A stretch of 24,206 nucleotides of DNA from IMG/VR virus record IMGVR_UViG_3300020045_003748, positions 1 through 24,206 of that record; one strand, written 5' to 3'. Made by a program: the position numbers and the translations under genes. The DNA comes from a virus (taxonomy: Duplodnaviria; Caudoviricetes). This document shows positions 1-8,445 of the stretch, piece after piece (within the stretch, counting starts at the first letter, position 1; each line of letters begins with the position of its first letter). The notes beneath the pieces were generated by a model that saw nothing but the letters and a program-made list of their open reading frames with translations, made no database searches and was not told the origin of the DNA.

Positions 1-116
1 CGGCCCCAGTTGACTACATGAGCGCCACCGATGCTCAGCGGGCAACGGGGGCTTTCTGGGGCGATGAGGCAACGCCGGGGATGCCAAACGGCGATCCTGA
101 TAGCAACTGGTTTTGA
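1..116 (+). CDS. 3' end of a phage tail protein (partial)
   Basis: The frame from nt 3 reads APVDYMSATDAQRATGAFWGDEATPGMPNGDPDSNWF to TGA at 114-116. It lies directly upstream of the tail genes, and its stop overlaps the next gene's GAGGTG RBS. Confidence 0.55.
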   Translation, partial: APVDYMSATDAQRATGAFWGDEATPGMPNGDPDSNWF

Positions 117-125
117 GGTGATGAA

Positions 126-644
126 ATGACTGCATATAATGCCCCAGCCGTAGCAGATGCGGTTATCGCATATCAAAAGCCTATCACCTTGCAACAGGGT
201 CGGGCGCTGCGGGACAATCCAAAGGCAATGGGCGAGGCGGATGCAAGCGTGCCTTCAAATTTGCTTCCAACCGTCCTGCTTGGCACGCTGACAACGACAA
301 GCGGCACGACGCAAACGCTGTCCAGCCTTGTCCTGACGCCCTATCGGTTCTTGCGGTTTACGGTCAACGGGGTTTCGTCTGGATCATCTGCTGTCACCCT
401 CCGGCTTGGCACGGCAGTCATTGGCGGGCAGCTGACAACCGCTGTTGAGACTTGGCTCGGCACGGTCACGCTGGACTTAACCAATGGCGTTGCGACCGGG
501 CTGCTGCAAGTCGTCAGTGGGTCCACAACGGCCATTCTTGCGGGCGCATCTGGATATACCGCCGCATCAACTTCTATCTCATTCGGGCTTGGCGGCGCGG
601 CATCTTTCGACGCTGGATCAATCCTCGTTTACGGCGAGAAGTGA
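126..644 (+). CDS. Minor tail / tail-fibre-associated protein
   Basis: 172 aa with a GAGGTG RBS. N-terminal KPIT..GRALRDNP.AMGE motif and a T/S/G-rich beta-strand body ending FDAGSILVYG. Tail-module context. Confidence 0.65.
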   Translation: MTAYNAPAVADAVIAYQKPITLQQGRALRDNPKAMGEADASVPSNLLPTVLLGTLTTTSGTTQTLSSLVLTPYRFLRFTVNGVSSGSSAVTLRLGTAVIGGQLTTAVETWLGTVTLDLTNGVATGLLQVVSGSTTAILAGASGYTAASTSISFGLGGAASFDAGSILVYGEK

Positions 645-659
645 TAGCCGCTAAAACTA

Positions 660-674
660 TGTTATGATATAACA
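660..674 (+). promoter_or_regulatory. Putative late promoter / palindromic site TGTTAT-GAT-ATAACA
   Basis: Perfect 6-3-6 inverted repeat in the 51-nt gap before the tailspike. It contains an extended -10-like TG-T-TATGAT. Related copies occur at 22535 and 24144. Confidence 0.65.
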
Positions 675-695
675 CGACAAAACAGTGAGGACTAC

Positions 696-3392
696 ATGGC
701 CGTCAATCTCGTCACCGTCACCGGAAATCTTGAAACCCTGATTGGCAGCACGCCGCCTCTGGGCCGGGTGTGGTTTAAGCTGAACCGCCCAGCGTGGAAC
801 CTCGCGGGGGATATTTTCGCGCCGGAATATGTCGAGGCTGTGGGCGATCCAACAACCGGGGCTTTCTCGGTCGCGCTGCAAAGCACGGATGATCTAGGGC
901 TTGCTGTGACATACACGGCATTGCTGCGGTATCGTGACGCTGTGGATGGAAAAGACAAGGAATATTCTTTCGGCCCGTTTATTCTGCCAACAGGTGGGCC
1001 ATATCAGCTTGGTGATTTGCTGGTGTATCCCATCCCGCCGCTCGACGATATGGACGTGATTGACGGCATGAGCCTGTCACTATTCGGGGCCATTGGCGAC
1101 GGTATCACCGACGATAGCGCGGCGATCCAGAACGCGCTAATGTCAGGATATAAGCGGCTGTTTGGCGTTCCGGGGTCAACCTATTACATCAACAGCACCG
1201 TGAAGGCGACTGGCGTTATCGGCGTGACGCTGGATCTGACCGGGTGCAATACCACGCAGGGCAACAACGCGCTGCCGGGGGTGTATTTTCTCAATTGCAC
1301 CAACTGCCATATTCTCAGCGGCAATTGGACGGGGAATTACGACACGGCCGGGGTTTGGGAAAGCCTATCCACCACGGGGGGCATCACAGACGGCGGCACA
1401 ACTGGCGCTTCTGTCGCGGCCTATTCCGGCGTGTCCACGATTTCAATCAATGGCCTTGGCACTGGCTATGTCCGCAAGGGCGACCGGGTGTCATACATTA
1501 CCGCTGGCGTGACATATGGCTATATCGTGCAGGCGGATGTGCTGATTGCTGCTGGCGTGGCGGCGGTGACGTTGGACCGGGTGCTTGATGCTGCAACTAC
1601 CTTGGGCCAGACGATCTGGGTTGATCAGGGCGTGCGCCGTCAGTGCATCCCCACGGCTTATTCGGCCGGCGTGTCGTCAATCACTGTTGGCGCGGCGGAT
1701 GTGACTTCGGCCACGGGTAGCCCGCGTTTGGTAGCGGGTGATCAATTCTGCTTCCATACGAACAAGAACGAAATCAACTCGATTGATTATTCCGAGGTCT
1801 ACACCGTTGTCGCCAATGCGGCCTACTCCGGCACATATCCCAACGTCTCGGCCACGGTCACAATCACCCCGGCGCTGGTGACTTCCAAGGTGCTGGGCCA
1901 GCGGATCACGTCCATTCAAGACGTGCGCAATAACAAGCACTCGCTGATCCTGTTTTACGGCTGTGAAGATTGCACGGTTGAAGATGTGCGGATTAGCCGC
2001 GCGCAGTTGCACGGCATCGCTATGAACGCCACCATTCGCAGCCCTTGGGAGGGTGTGAACCCCGACACGGCTGCAAACCACGGCTGTAAAATCATCAATT
2101 GCACCGACGACGACAGCGAGACAGGATCATCGTTTGTTGCTGGTCATGCGACTGACTTCCGGGTGACAGGATCAACCTCGCGCGGGTCGATCAACCGCAA
2201 TGGCGTGCAAATGGAGCAATGTGTTTCCGGCATCATCACCAACAACATTTTCGACGGTATCAAAGATGGCGTGATGGTTACGGGCGAAACCAAGCGCGTG
2301 ACCATCGCTGACAATGCGGTTAAAAATTGCCAGATCGGCATTGAGCAACGCAACGTTTGCCGCGAAATCATTATCACCGGAAATACAATCGTGAATGATC
2401 CGGCGTTTTCGCTTTACGGCATCCGCGTTGAGGCTGGGTATCGTGATGAAAGCCTGCTTGAAACGACATATAACAGCCTTTGCCTCGTGCAGGCCAACAC
2501 CGTAACAGGGCGTTGCATTGTATCTGGCAGCTTCAACGGATCGTCAATATTGGTGACGCCGCCAACCGCTGCAACCACGGGCAGCAATTCGCAGCGCCCG
2601 CATTACGTGCAAATCTTGGACAACATCATCACCTACGCGGGGCGGCACGGCATTTCGATCCTGCGCGGTGTGCGCGGGCGCTGCGAGGGTAACACGGTAT
2701 TCAATGCGGGCTACTCCGGCATCTATGGCATCAACTGCGAGGATTTCGATTTCATTCGCAATACCGTGATTGATGCTGGTGTGACTTCGGCAAATGGCGC
2801 GTTCCAGATTGACGGCGGGACGGGGATTGTATTCATCGGCAACCGCGCAGATGTGACGATTTCCACGGGCCAAAGCTGGGGCTTGGACACGCTCAATACT
2901 CCGACATTCCGCGTGATGGATGGAAACATCATGCGCGGCACGGTTGCTGGCAACGTGGCGTCAGTGACTGATGATGTATCAAGCGCAGGGTTTGGCCATC
3001 GCTCCTTGGAAAGCCGCCTCTTGGACGGCGTGCGCAATACCGCAGGCGGCGGGTTGTCGGGGCGGCAAGTAACGACTGGCGACAATAACACGATGCTTGG
3101 CTATAGCGCTGGATTGGTGCTGACCACAGGCAACCGCAACACGCTGATCGGGGCCGCGACTGCTGTTGACGCAGGATCGCGCAGCAATGCCATCGCTCTG
3201 GGCTATGGAGCCATTCCCAAAGCTAACGGCGAACTTGCTTTGGGCGATGATGCTGGGGCTACCAACGGCATTGCCAGCATCACCACAGCCCCCACTGGCA
3301 CCGGAGCGGCGGCTTTGCCTGCCACGCCATCCAAATACATCACAGTCAGGTTTAATGGGGCTGCGGGTTATATCCCGTGGTATGCCGCATGA
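696..3392 (+). CDS. Tailspike / receptor-binding protein with pectate-lyase-like right-handed beta-helix
   Basis: 898 aa with a GAGG RBS. It has the FGAIGDGITDDSAAIQNAL beta-helix entry motif, many I.GN/I..N parallel beta-helix repeats, NT.LG/AIALG head-type repeats near the C-terminus and a terminal ALPATP..YIPWY segment. Confidence 0.85.
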   Translation: MAVNLVTVTGNLETLIGSTPPLGRVWFKLNRPAWNLAGDIFAPEYVEAVGDPTTGAFSVALQSTDDLGLAVTYTALLRYRDAVDGKDKEYSFGPFILPTGGPYQLGDLLVYPIPPLDDMDVIDGMSLSLFGAIGDGITDDSAAIQNALMSGYKRLFGVPGSTYYINSTVKATGVIGVTLDLTGCNTTQGNNALPGVYFLNCTNCHILSGNWTGNYDTAGVWESLSTTGGITDGGTTGASVAAYSGVSTISINGLGTGYVRKGDRVSYITAGVTYGYIVQADVLIAAGVAAVTLDRVLDAATTLGQTIWVDQGVRRQCIPTAYSAGVSSITVGAADVTSATGSPRLVAGDQFCFHTNKNEINSIDYSEVYTVVANAAYSGTYPNVSATVTITPALVTSKVLGQRITSIQDVRNNKHSLILFYGCEDCTVEDVRISRAQLHGIAMNATIRSPWEGVNPDTAANHGCKIINCTDDDSETGSSFVAGHATDFRVTGSTSRGSINRNGVQMEQCVSGIITNNIFDGIKDGVMVTGETKRVTIADNAVKNCQIGIEQRNVCREIIITGNTIVNDPAFSLYGIRVEAGYRDESLLETTYNSLCLVQANTVTGRCIVSGSFNGSSILVTPPTAATTGSNSQRPHYVQILDNIITYAGRHGISILRGVRGRCEGNTVFNAGYSGIYGINCEDFDFIRNTVIDAGVTSANGAFQIDGGTGIVFIGNRADVTISTGQSWGLDTLNTPTFRVMDGNIMRGTVAGNVASVTDDVSSAGFGHRSLESRLLDGVRNTAGGGLSGRQVTTGDNNTMLGYSAGLVLTTGNRNTLIGAATAVDAGSRSNAIALGYGAIPKANGELALGDDAGATNGIASITTAPTGTGAAALPATPSKYITVRFNGAAGYIPWYAA

Positions 3393-3766
3393 ATTTGGGC
3401 CTGACAACGCCAGAGGCGCAAGCCGGGGCCTATGAATGGGCGGCTGTCCTGCTTGCGCACGGGCTTATTGGCATGGCGCTGGTGGCAGTTGTCGCTGCGG
3501 CGCTGGAATGGCTTGCTGGCGATCATATTGATGATCTAGGCTTGCTGTCATGGCTTATCGTCGCCGTGTGCTACGCGGTGCTGTGGGAAGGCGCTGTGCA
3601 GGCTTTCGGCGCTGGCCCAATGGATGCCGCCGTTGATACCTTTGCAGTTGCATGCGGCGGGTTTCTGGGCTTGTCAGCATGGATGCGGCGCGGCGTGTTG
3701 ATGGCTGTCAGCATGGCCGCGTTTTCAGTCGTGGCCTTTGATGGCATATGGAGGCGTAAAAAATGA
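3389..3766 (+). CDS. Multi-pass membrane protein, function unknown
   Basis: ATG at 3389 forms an ATGA overlap with the tailspike stop. About four hydrophobic segments and a basic C-terminus WRRKK. Confidence 0.7.
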   Translation: MNLGLTTPEAQAGAYEWAAVLLAHGLIGMALVAVVAAALEWLAGDHIDDLGLLSWLIVAVCYAVLWEGAVQAFGAGPMDAAVDTFAVACGGFLGLSAWMRRGVLMAVSMAAFSVVAFDGIWRRKK

Positions 3767-4179
3767 TGAGCCGCGCCGCCGTGATAAATGGCCTGACTGA
3801 ATATCTGGTTCAGCCAATCCTATCGCACATGCAGGTTGCTATCGTGCTGATAGGTTCGCTGTTTTGGATTGAGGCTGTTACATCCGGCGAGGCATTTTCA
3901 GCGCGGGTATTTGGGGATTTCGCGCTGATGTTTCCAGCTGAAATGTGGGCCGGAACCATGATGGCAGGATCGGCTATGTGCTGGATTGGATTGCGGCATC
4001 CTGTCAAAAAATGGATGATTGCGGTAGGCGCTGGTATTCAGACTGTGCAATATCTCGCCCTAGGGTATAGTGCAATTGCGACGGGAGGGGAAATGGTGAT
4101 CGGGCTGCATTGCACCACCTTCTTTGCCCCGATATTCTTCCGCATGTTTTGGGAGGCGATGCACTGTGAACCTCGGTGA
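3763..4179 (+). CDS. Multi-pass membrane protein, function unknown
   Basis: GGAGG RBS and ATGA overlap. About four hydrophobic segments, upstream of the endolysin. Confidence 0.7.
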   Translation: MMSRAAVINGLTEYLVQPILSHMQVAIVLIGSLFWIEAVTSGEAFSARVFGDFALMFPAEMWAGTMMAGSAMCWIGLRHPVKKWMIAVGAGIQTVQYLALGYSAIATGGEMVIGLHCTTFFAPIFFRMFWEAMHCEPR

Positions 4180-4354
4180 ATATGTCGCCTCGTTTGGCCC
4201 CGTCGCTGGCGTTTTTCTGTTTATGTGGTTCAACAGATCGCAGACCAAAGCCGAAAAGCCTACTGATCCAATCGCAAAGCTAGATGCCCTGATAGAAGGC
4301 CAGACCGCTATTATGACCATGCTGGAAATTCTCAAGGATAGGATCAAGCGATGA
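4166..4354 (+). CDS. Small single-TM protein, holin/antiholin candidate
   Basis: GTG at 4166 after GGAGG (4152-4156). N-terminal TM segment (VASFGPVAGVFLFMWF) and a coiled-coil-like tail. ATGA overlap with the endolysin. Confidence 0.6.
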   Translation: MNLGEYVASFGPVAGVFLFMWFNRSQTKAEKPTDPIAKLDALIEGQTAIMTMLEILKDRIKR

Positions 4355-5052
4355 GCCGTGCTGAGTTTTATAAATCCATTCGGCCAATGTTTCACGGTGT
4401 CTTGTCGCAGCAGCAGGTTGACGGGATTGAGGCGATTTTATCGGCCACCGAAGGCTTGCCAATCACGCACCGCGCCTATCTCATGGCAACTGCGGCGCAT
4501 GAGACAGATCAAACCATGCAGCCGATAACCGAATATGGCGGGCGCAAGTATTTCGAGAAATACGACACGGGCAAGCTGGCCAAGGCGCTCGGCAACACAC
4601 CGCAGGCGGATGGCGACGGCTATATCTATCGCGGGCGTGGCTATGTGCAGCTGACCGGGCGTGCTAACTACGCCAAGGCTGGGGAGTGGCTCAATCTGGA
4701 TCTGTTGCACAAGCCAGACTTGGCATTGCAGCCGACCATTGCGGCGCAAATCCTTGTGCGCGGCTGTAGCAATGGATGGTTTACGGGCAAGAAGCTTTCC
4801 GACTATCTGCCCGGTGATTATCGAGGTGCGCGTCGGGTTGTGAACGGCACTGACAAGCAAGACGTGATCGCGGGCTATGCGCGCGAGTTCGAGGCGGCGC
4901 TGCGGCTGTTGCCGGAGAAATTGGTGGAAGATGAAAACACCGTTTCACAACAGGCAGTTACGCCGACCTTGTGGGATAATCCCACAGCCCGTGAAGATAA
5001 ACCCTCATTCTGGCGCGCTCTATGGGCGCTGCTTACTGGCAGAGGAGCCTGA
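4351..5052 (+). CDS. Endolysin, glycoside hydrolase family 19 (chitinase-like)
   Basis: GH19 motifs AYLMATAAHET, LGNT...DGYIYRGRGYVQLTGRANY and ARRVVNGTD. Located in the lysis cassette. Confidence 0.9.
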   Translation: MSRAEFYKSIRPMFHGVLSQQQVDGIEAILSATEGLPITHRAYLMATAAHETDQTMQPITEYGGRKYFEKYDTGKLAKALGNTPQADGDGYIYRGRGYVQLTGRANYAKAGEWLNLDLLHKPDLALQPTIAAQILVRGCSNGWFTGKKLSDYLPGDYRGARRVVNGTDKQDVIAGYAREFEAALRLLPEKLVEDENTVSQQAVTPTLWDNPTAREDKPSFWRALWALLTGRGA

Positions 5053-5054
5053 CC

Positions 5055-5261
5055 ATGAACATCGCACTTATTCGCGGACTGATCTATCTCGCCGGGGCTG
5101 GGGCTACTGGCCTGTCGTTGGCGCAGTTCGGCGCTTTCGATACGGCAACCATGACCTTCGACCTGTATCCGTTCCGCGTGGACGATGCCGTGCGGGCGCT
5201 GGTGTCTGGCGGCGGCAACCTGCTGGCGATGGTCATGGTTTGGCGGCAGGCACGCAAATGA
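5055..5261 (+). CDS. Holin candidate (two hydrophobic segments)
   Basis: ATG at 5055 after GAGGAG. 68 aa with hydrophobic N- and C-terminal segments and a basic tail WRQARK, between endolysin and spanins. Confidence 0.6.
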   Translation: MNIALIRGLIYLAGAGATGLSLAQFGAFDTATMTFDLYPFRVDDAVRALVSGGGNLLAMVMVWRQARK

Positions 5262-5362
5262 AGCGGCGCACATATCTAATGATCACAACCGCATTGCAGA
5301 CATGCCTCCCGGCCTCCCGGTTTGTCTACCAAAACCACCCGTATTCTAGTGTGTGGCTATGA
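5258..5362 (+). CDS. 34-aa peptide of unknown function in the lysis cassette
   Basis: ATGA overlaps at both ends (5258-5261 and 5359-5362) exactly fill the gap between the holin candidate and the i-spanin. Confidence 0.45.
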   Translation: MKRRTYLMITTALQTCLPASRFVYQNHPYSSVWL

Positions 5363-5574
5363 TCCTCTCGGCCATCATCGCCAAGGCCATCCCCTACCTG
5401 CTGGGCCTCATGGGGCTGCTGGGCGTCTACTGGCGGGGCAAACACAACGGCGTCGTTAAGGCGCACCGCGACACGCTGGAGCGGTATCAGAAAACACGGG
5501 AGCGGATGGATGATGTGGAAGCTGGGGATGATCCTGACGCTGCTAAACGCTGGCTGCGTGAGCGCGGTCAGTGA
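5359..5574 (+). CDS. Inner-membrane spanin (Rz-like)
   Basis: N-terminal TM helix followed by a charged helical domain ending DAAKRWLRERGQ. It overlaps a lipoprotein ORF. Confidence 0.7.
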   Translation: MILSAIIAKAIPYLLGLMGLLGVYWRGKHNGVVKAHRDTLERYQKTRERMDDVEAGDDPDAAKRWLRERGQ

Positions 5575-5704
5575 GCGGGCGATCTGCGACGGGACCGCAT
5601 CGGCGCGGCGCGAACACGCGGCGGCTTTGGCTGTCGATGCGGGGCCTCGGTCGATGGTTACGGGCGCGCGGTTGATCCGGTTGGTTGACGCGGGATGCCG
5701 TTAA
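5510..5704 (+). CDS. Outer-membrane lipoprotein spanin (Rz1-like)
   Basis: Signal peptide with a lipobox-like LLNAG|C and further Cys residues. It starts inside the i-spanin 3' end in another frame, after a GGGAG RBS. Confidence 0.75.
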   Translation: MMWKLGMILTLLNAGCVSAVSERAICDGTASARREHAAALAVDAGPRSMVTGARLIRLVDAGCR

Positions 5705-5717
5705 CACGTCCCGTGCG

Positions 5718-5894
5718 TCATGGGGTCTCCTGCGGTTTTGCGGGCGGTGCGGCATAGGCGAAGTCGATATGTTCCTCGACTGCATCCCACGCGGCTTGAA
5801 TTGCGGCGCTGCCCTCTAGCCGAATGGCAGCGCGAAGCACGTTGATTTCGGCATACATCTTCGGGACATTGCGGCGTCCGTATTTCTCAGCCAT
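5718..5894 (-). CDS. Hypothetical protein, last gene of the leftward early operon
   Basis: GGAGG RBS; the start overlaps the upstream TGA (5894-5896). Begins MAEKYGRRNVPK. Confidence 0.6.
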   Translation of the reverse strand: MAEKYGRRNVPKMYAEINVLRAAIRLEGSAAIQAAWDAVEEHIDFAYAAPPAKPQETP

Positions 5895-6127
5895 CACCGC
5901 CCCTCCGTGTCTGCGGTGGCGATCAGAGCGCGGATGCCTTCTATGTCGCCTCGGTGGAATGCATCCATAAGCTTTGAAATGGCCACCGTTGCCTTGCAAC
6001 CTGCCACAAGCGCATCATCGTAGAATGCACTGTATCGCTTTGTGTCGCCATCTGGCCGATCATATGCGCCCGCCTCCACCCGTGCCAACAGGGCTTGCAG
6101 AGCGGCGGTGTTCGGTGTGGCGGTCAT
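5894..6127 (-). CDS. Hypothetical protein
   Basis: ATGA overlap at 6124-6127 and AGGAAAGG upstream. Begins MTATPNTAALQALLARVE. Confidence 0.6.
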   Translation of the reverse strand: MTATPNTAALQALLARVEAGAYDRPDGDTKRYSAFYDDALVAGCKATVAISKLMDAFHRGDIEGIRALIATADTEGR

Positions 6128-6426
6128 GGGGTGGCCTTTCCTTGATTGGACCATGCGGCAATAATGGCCTCATTCTTTTCACGCGGAACCTCAGAAACCG
6201 TTGCCCATTTCGGCAGCGTTTCAGGGATATTTTCGCAGCCGAAGAATGTCCAACTGTCTGATATCGACTGCGGCAACGCAAACTTGTAGGTGATGCCCAT
6301 AGCCGCCATCGCCTTTTGTGGGTGCGGATTGTTGCCCAATTCCGGGTGATCCGGCAGCGCCAGTTCATTCGGCTCCATATAGTTGTAATACCCGGAAACG
6401 CTGATGTTGCGGTCCATGTCACTCAC
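6124..6426 (-). CDS. Hypothetical protein
   Basis: GTGA overlap at 6423-6426 with an AAGGAG RBS. 100 aa. Confidence 0.65.
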   Translation of the reverse strand: MSDMDRNISVSGYYNYMEPNELALPDHPELGNNPHPQKAMAAMGITYKFALPQSISDSWTFFGCENIPETLPKWATVSEVPREKNEAIIAAWSNQGKATP

Positions 6427-6782
6427 AGCTCATCTCCTTTGCGGGCGCGGATGGCGGGTTCCGAACGCATTCTGACCATATAGGCCGCGTTGGTGTTATG
6501 ATTGTCACCTTCGCTGTCATCGGGAAACTGCGCCGCTCGTCTATCCAGCATTGCAGCGATGGCCTCCCGTTCCGCCTCCACCGCCTTCGCCACGGCGGCT
6601 TGCACGGCAGCGGTGTGGTCGGCGAGGGTGATAATCTGGCCGGAGCGGTAGGCGTTATGAAGCGCCCGCGTTAGATTTGACCACGGCATTGCGGATGGGG
6701 ATGTATTGCCAGCCCAGGCACCTTCGAGATCAGCCAGCCGCGCGGCTAGGGCGGGATCGGGAGAGGTCATTTGGTCAGCCAT
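6423..6782 (-). CDS. Hypothetical protein with an AVEAEREAIA...AIRAR module
   Basis: Start trimmed to ATG 6782 (GAGG RBS, overlapping the upstream gene end). ATG 6770 is an alternative start. Confidence 0.6.
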   Translation of the reverse strand: MADQMTSPDPALAARLADLEGAWAGNTSPSAMPWSNLTRALHNAYRSGQIITLADHTAAVQAAVAKAVEAEREAIAAMLDRRAAQFPDDSEGDNHNTNAAYMVRMRSEPAIRARKGDEL

Positions 6783-7185
6783 TTGTCGCCTCGCCTTCAT
6801 GTTCCCAGTATTGCATTTCTTCGTCGGCCATTTCGCGTGCGCCAGCGTGTGACCAATCATAGGCGGGGTCGCCAAATTCATCTTCGACGCCTTGCATTGC
6901 TGACAACGCCAGATCAAAAGCATCGGCCAAATTCAGAGAGCCTCTGCACTTCAAGACCATCCGCTTGGCCATGGTGCGCAGGTAATCCTCTAGCGTAAGG
7001 CCATCCTCGGATTTCTTAATCTCAGCCTGCCACACGAGTTGCTGCAGCGGTCCTGATCCTTCTGGGTGGCTCATAACCATGCCGTAACGATGTGGGCGCT
7101 CTGTCATCTTTGCAAAGCATTGCCCGCAGACCCAGCAAGCAAACTGTTCAACATGCGCGCCGTGTTTATGTCCGCAAGCCATCAC
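6775..7185 (-). CDS. Hypothetical protein with an N-terminal Cys/His cluster
   Basis: GTGA overlap at 7182-7185. CGH...CWVCGQC is a possible Zn site; acidic C-terminus. Confidence 0.6.
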   Translation of the reverse strand: MMACGHKHGAHVEQFACWVCGQCFAKMTERPHRYGMVMSHPEGSGPLQQLVWQAEIKKSEDGLTLEDYLRTMAKRMVLKCRGSLNLADAFDLALSAMQGVEDEFGDPAYDWSHAGAREMADEEMQYWEHEGEATNG

Positions 7186-7982
7186 TCACCCTTCCGCGCG
7201 AACGGGGCGAGGGCGGCGAGAAGTCCGCCTAACATTGGCAATGGATGCGGCTCATATTCTGCGAGGATAAGCTTGGCACTCGTTGCGGCACTCACCAGCG
7301 CCTGCACTTCCGGCAACTCCGCAGCCACCGCAAGCAGTTCGGCGGGAGTGGGTAGGGGTAGGGCTTCTATGGCGTCTTTGACAAACAAGCCCGCAAGCAT
7401 CATGCTTTGCCAATCACGGGCCTCTTTTGGGTTTTTGTTGGCCTTTGCCGTCTCCGCCGTCTCGCGCCAGTAATCAGCGCGATCTTTTGCCGACTTCACA
7501 GCCGCAGCCTTCATCGCCACCGCCCCTAGTGGGCTGGCGGGGTGCAGAGCGGAGAGGATGCGGGCGGTGTAATCGGCTTGGGCTGCGGCTTTGGCAGATA
7601 CAAGTGAACCCCATTCGCCAACTTCCTTGCGGTCATATGCAGCACGATATTGTTCGGTGATGGGGTCAAAAAAGACGAAATAAGTACCGATCCCGGTCAC
7701 CGCCCTATAGTCGCAGCGTGTTCCGTCTGGATAAATAGACCCAGAGTTTTCCCATTGATCTGGGGCATCCCACACCAGCGGCTTCGCCCCCACAGCGCGG
7801 GCCTCTGCTGCGTCGATGGTGGCGCGAAGGGCAAGCAAGGTTCGATCTGTGCTCTCGGCATCTGCGCATGTAATCATGGTGCTGTAAGACGCCGGATCGC
7901 GTGGCGGGGATACATAAGATTTCCGGCCAAAGAGTGATGCCAGTTTTTCCACGGCATCTTGGCTAATGTCGATATTACCCAC
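7182..7982 (-). CDS. Hypothetical mosaic early protein
   Basis: GTG at 7982 preceded by GGAGG. Contains IDISQDAVE, KPLVW, AKAAAQADY..RILSAL and LPEVQALV segments. Confidence 0.65.
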   Translation of the reverse strand: MGNIDISQDAVEKLASLFGRKSYVSPPRDPASYSTMITCADAESTDRTLLALRATIDAAEARAVGAKPLVWDAPDQWENSGSIYPDGTRCDYRAVTGIGTYFVFFDPITEQYRAAYDRKEVGEWGSLVSAKAAAQADYTARILSALHPASPLGAVAMKAAAVKSAKDRADYWRETAETAKANKNPKEARDWQSMMLAGLFVKDAIEALPLPTPAELLAVAAELPEVQALVSAATSAKLILAEYEPHPLPMLGGLLAALAPFARKGE

Positions 7983-8445
7983 GGTCTTGCCCTCCGATGA
8001 TGATGGTGCTGATTTCAGACAGAACAGCTTCGGCAAGATCAACGTCCATTTCCTTAGCCACGTTTTCTTCATGGCACCAAGCGCGGGCAATCGCCTCTCG
8101 TAAGATGGTATCAGTCACCCGCGTATCCGGCGAGGCGGGGCGGGCGGCGAGGGCTGCGTCAATGACCCCAACCCAATCTTCGTCAGGCCCTTCGGCCTCG
8201 CTATAGCGATGGTTAATCAAGCTGAGAACGGTTTCACGCGTATCCCGCAACGCCGCTTCCAGCCCCGCCACATAGTCGGCAGCGGGGGGCGTCAGGTCGG
8301 TGCGGGGCAATTCATCCACGAAACCATCAGGCGCGAGCAGGATTTGCTTGCCATCTGCATCATTGGCAATCCACCATCCACCCCCTGAAACGCAGTCCTT
8401 CCAGATTGCGTTGACGATTACGGCGCGTGTTTCGTCGGCGCTCAT
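7975..8445 (-). CDS. Hypothetical protein
   Basis: ATGA overlap at 8442-8445 with an AAAGGAG RBS. Begins MSADETRAVIV. Confidence 0.65.
   Translation of the reverse strand: MSADETRAVIVNAIWKDCVSGGGWWIANDADGKQILLAPDGFVDELPRTDLTPPAADYVAGLEAALRDTRETVLSLINHRYSEAEGPDEDWVGVIDAALAARPASPDTRVTDTILREAIARAWCHEENVAKEMDVDLAEAVLSEISTIIIGGQDRG

Noticed and set aside
341-3435. Antisense and alternative-frame ORFs inside the tail genes (e.g. 1677-2081, 2723-3091, 2979-3407)
   Set aside because: They have no RBS or motifs and are expected shadows of GC-rich coding sequence.
5690-5720. Weak hairpin at the convergence of the lysis and early operons as a terminator
   Set aside because: The stem is short and imperfect, with no U-tract on either strand.
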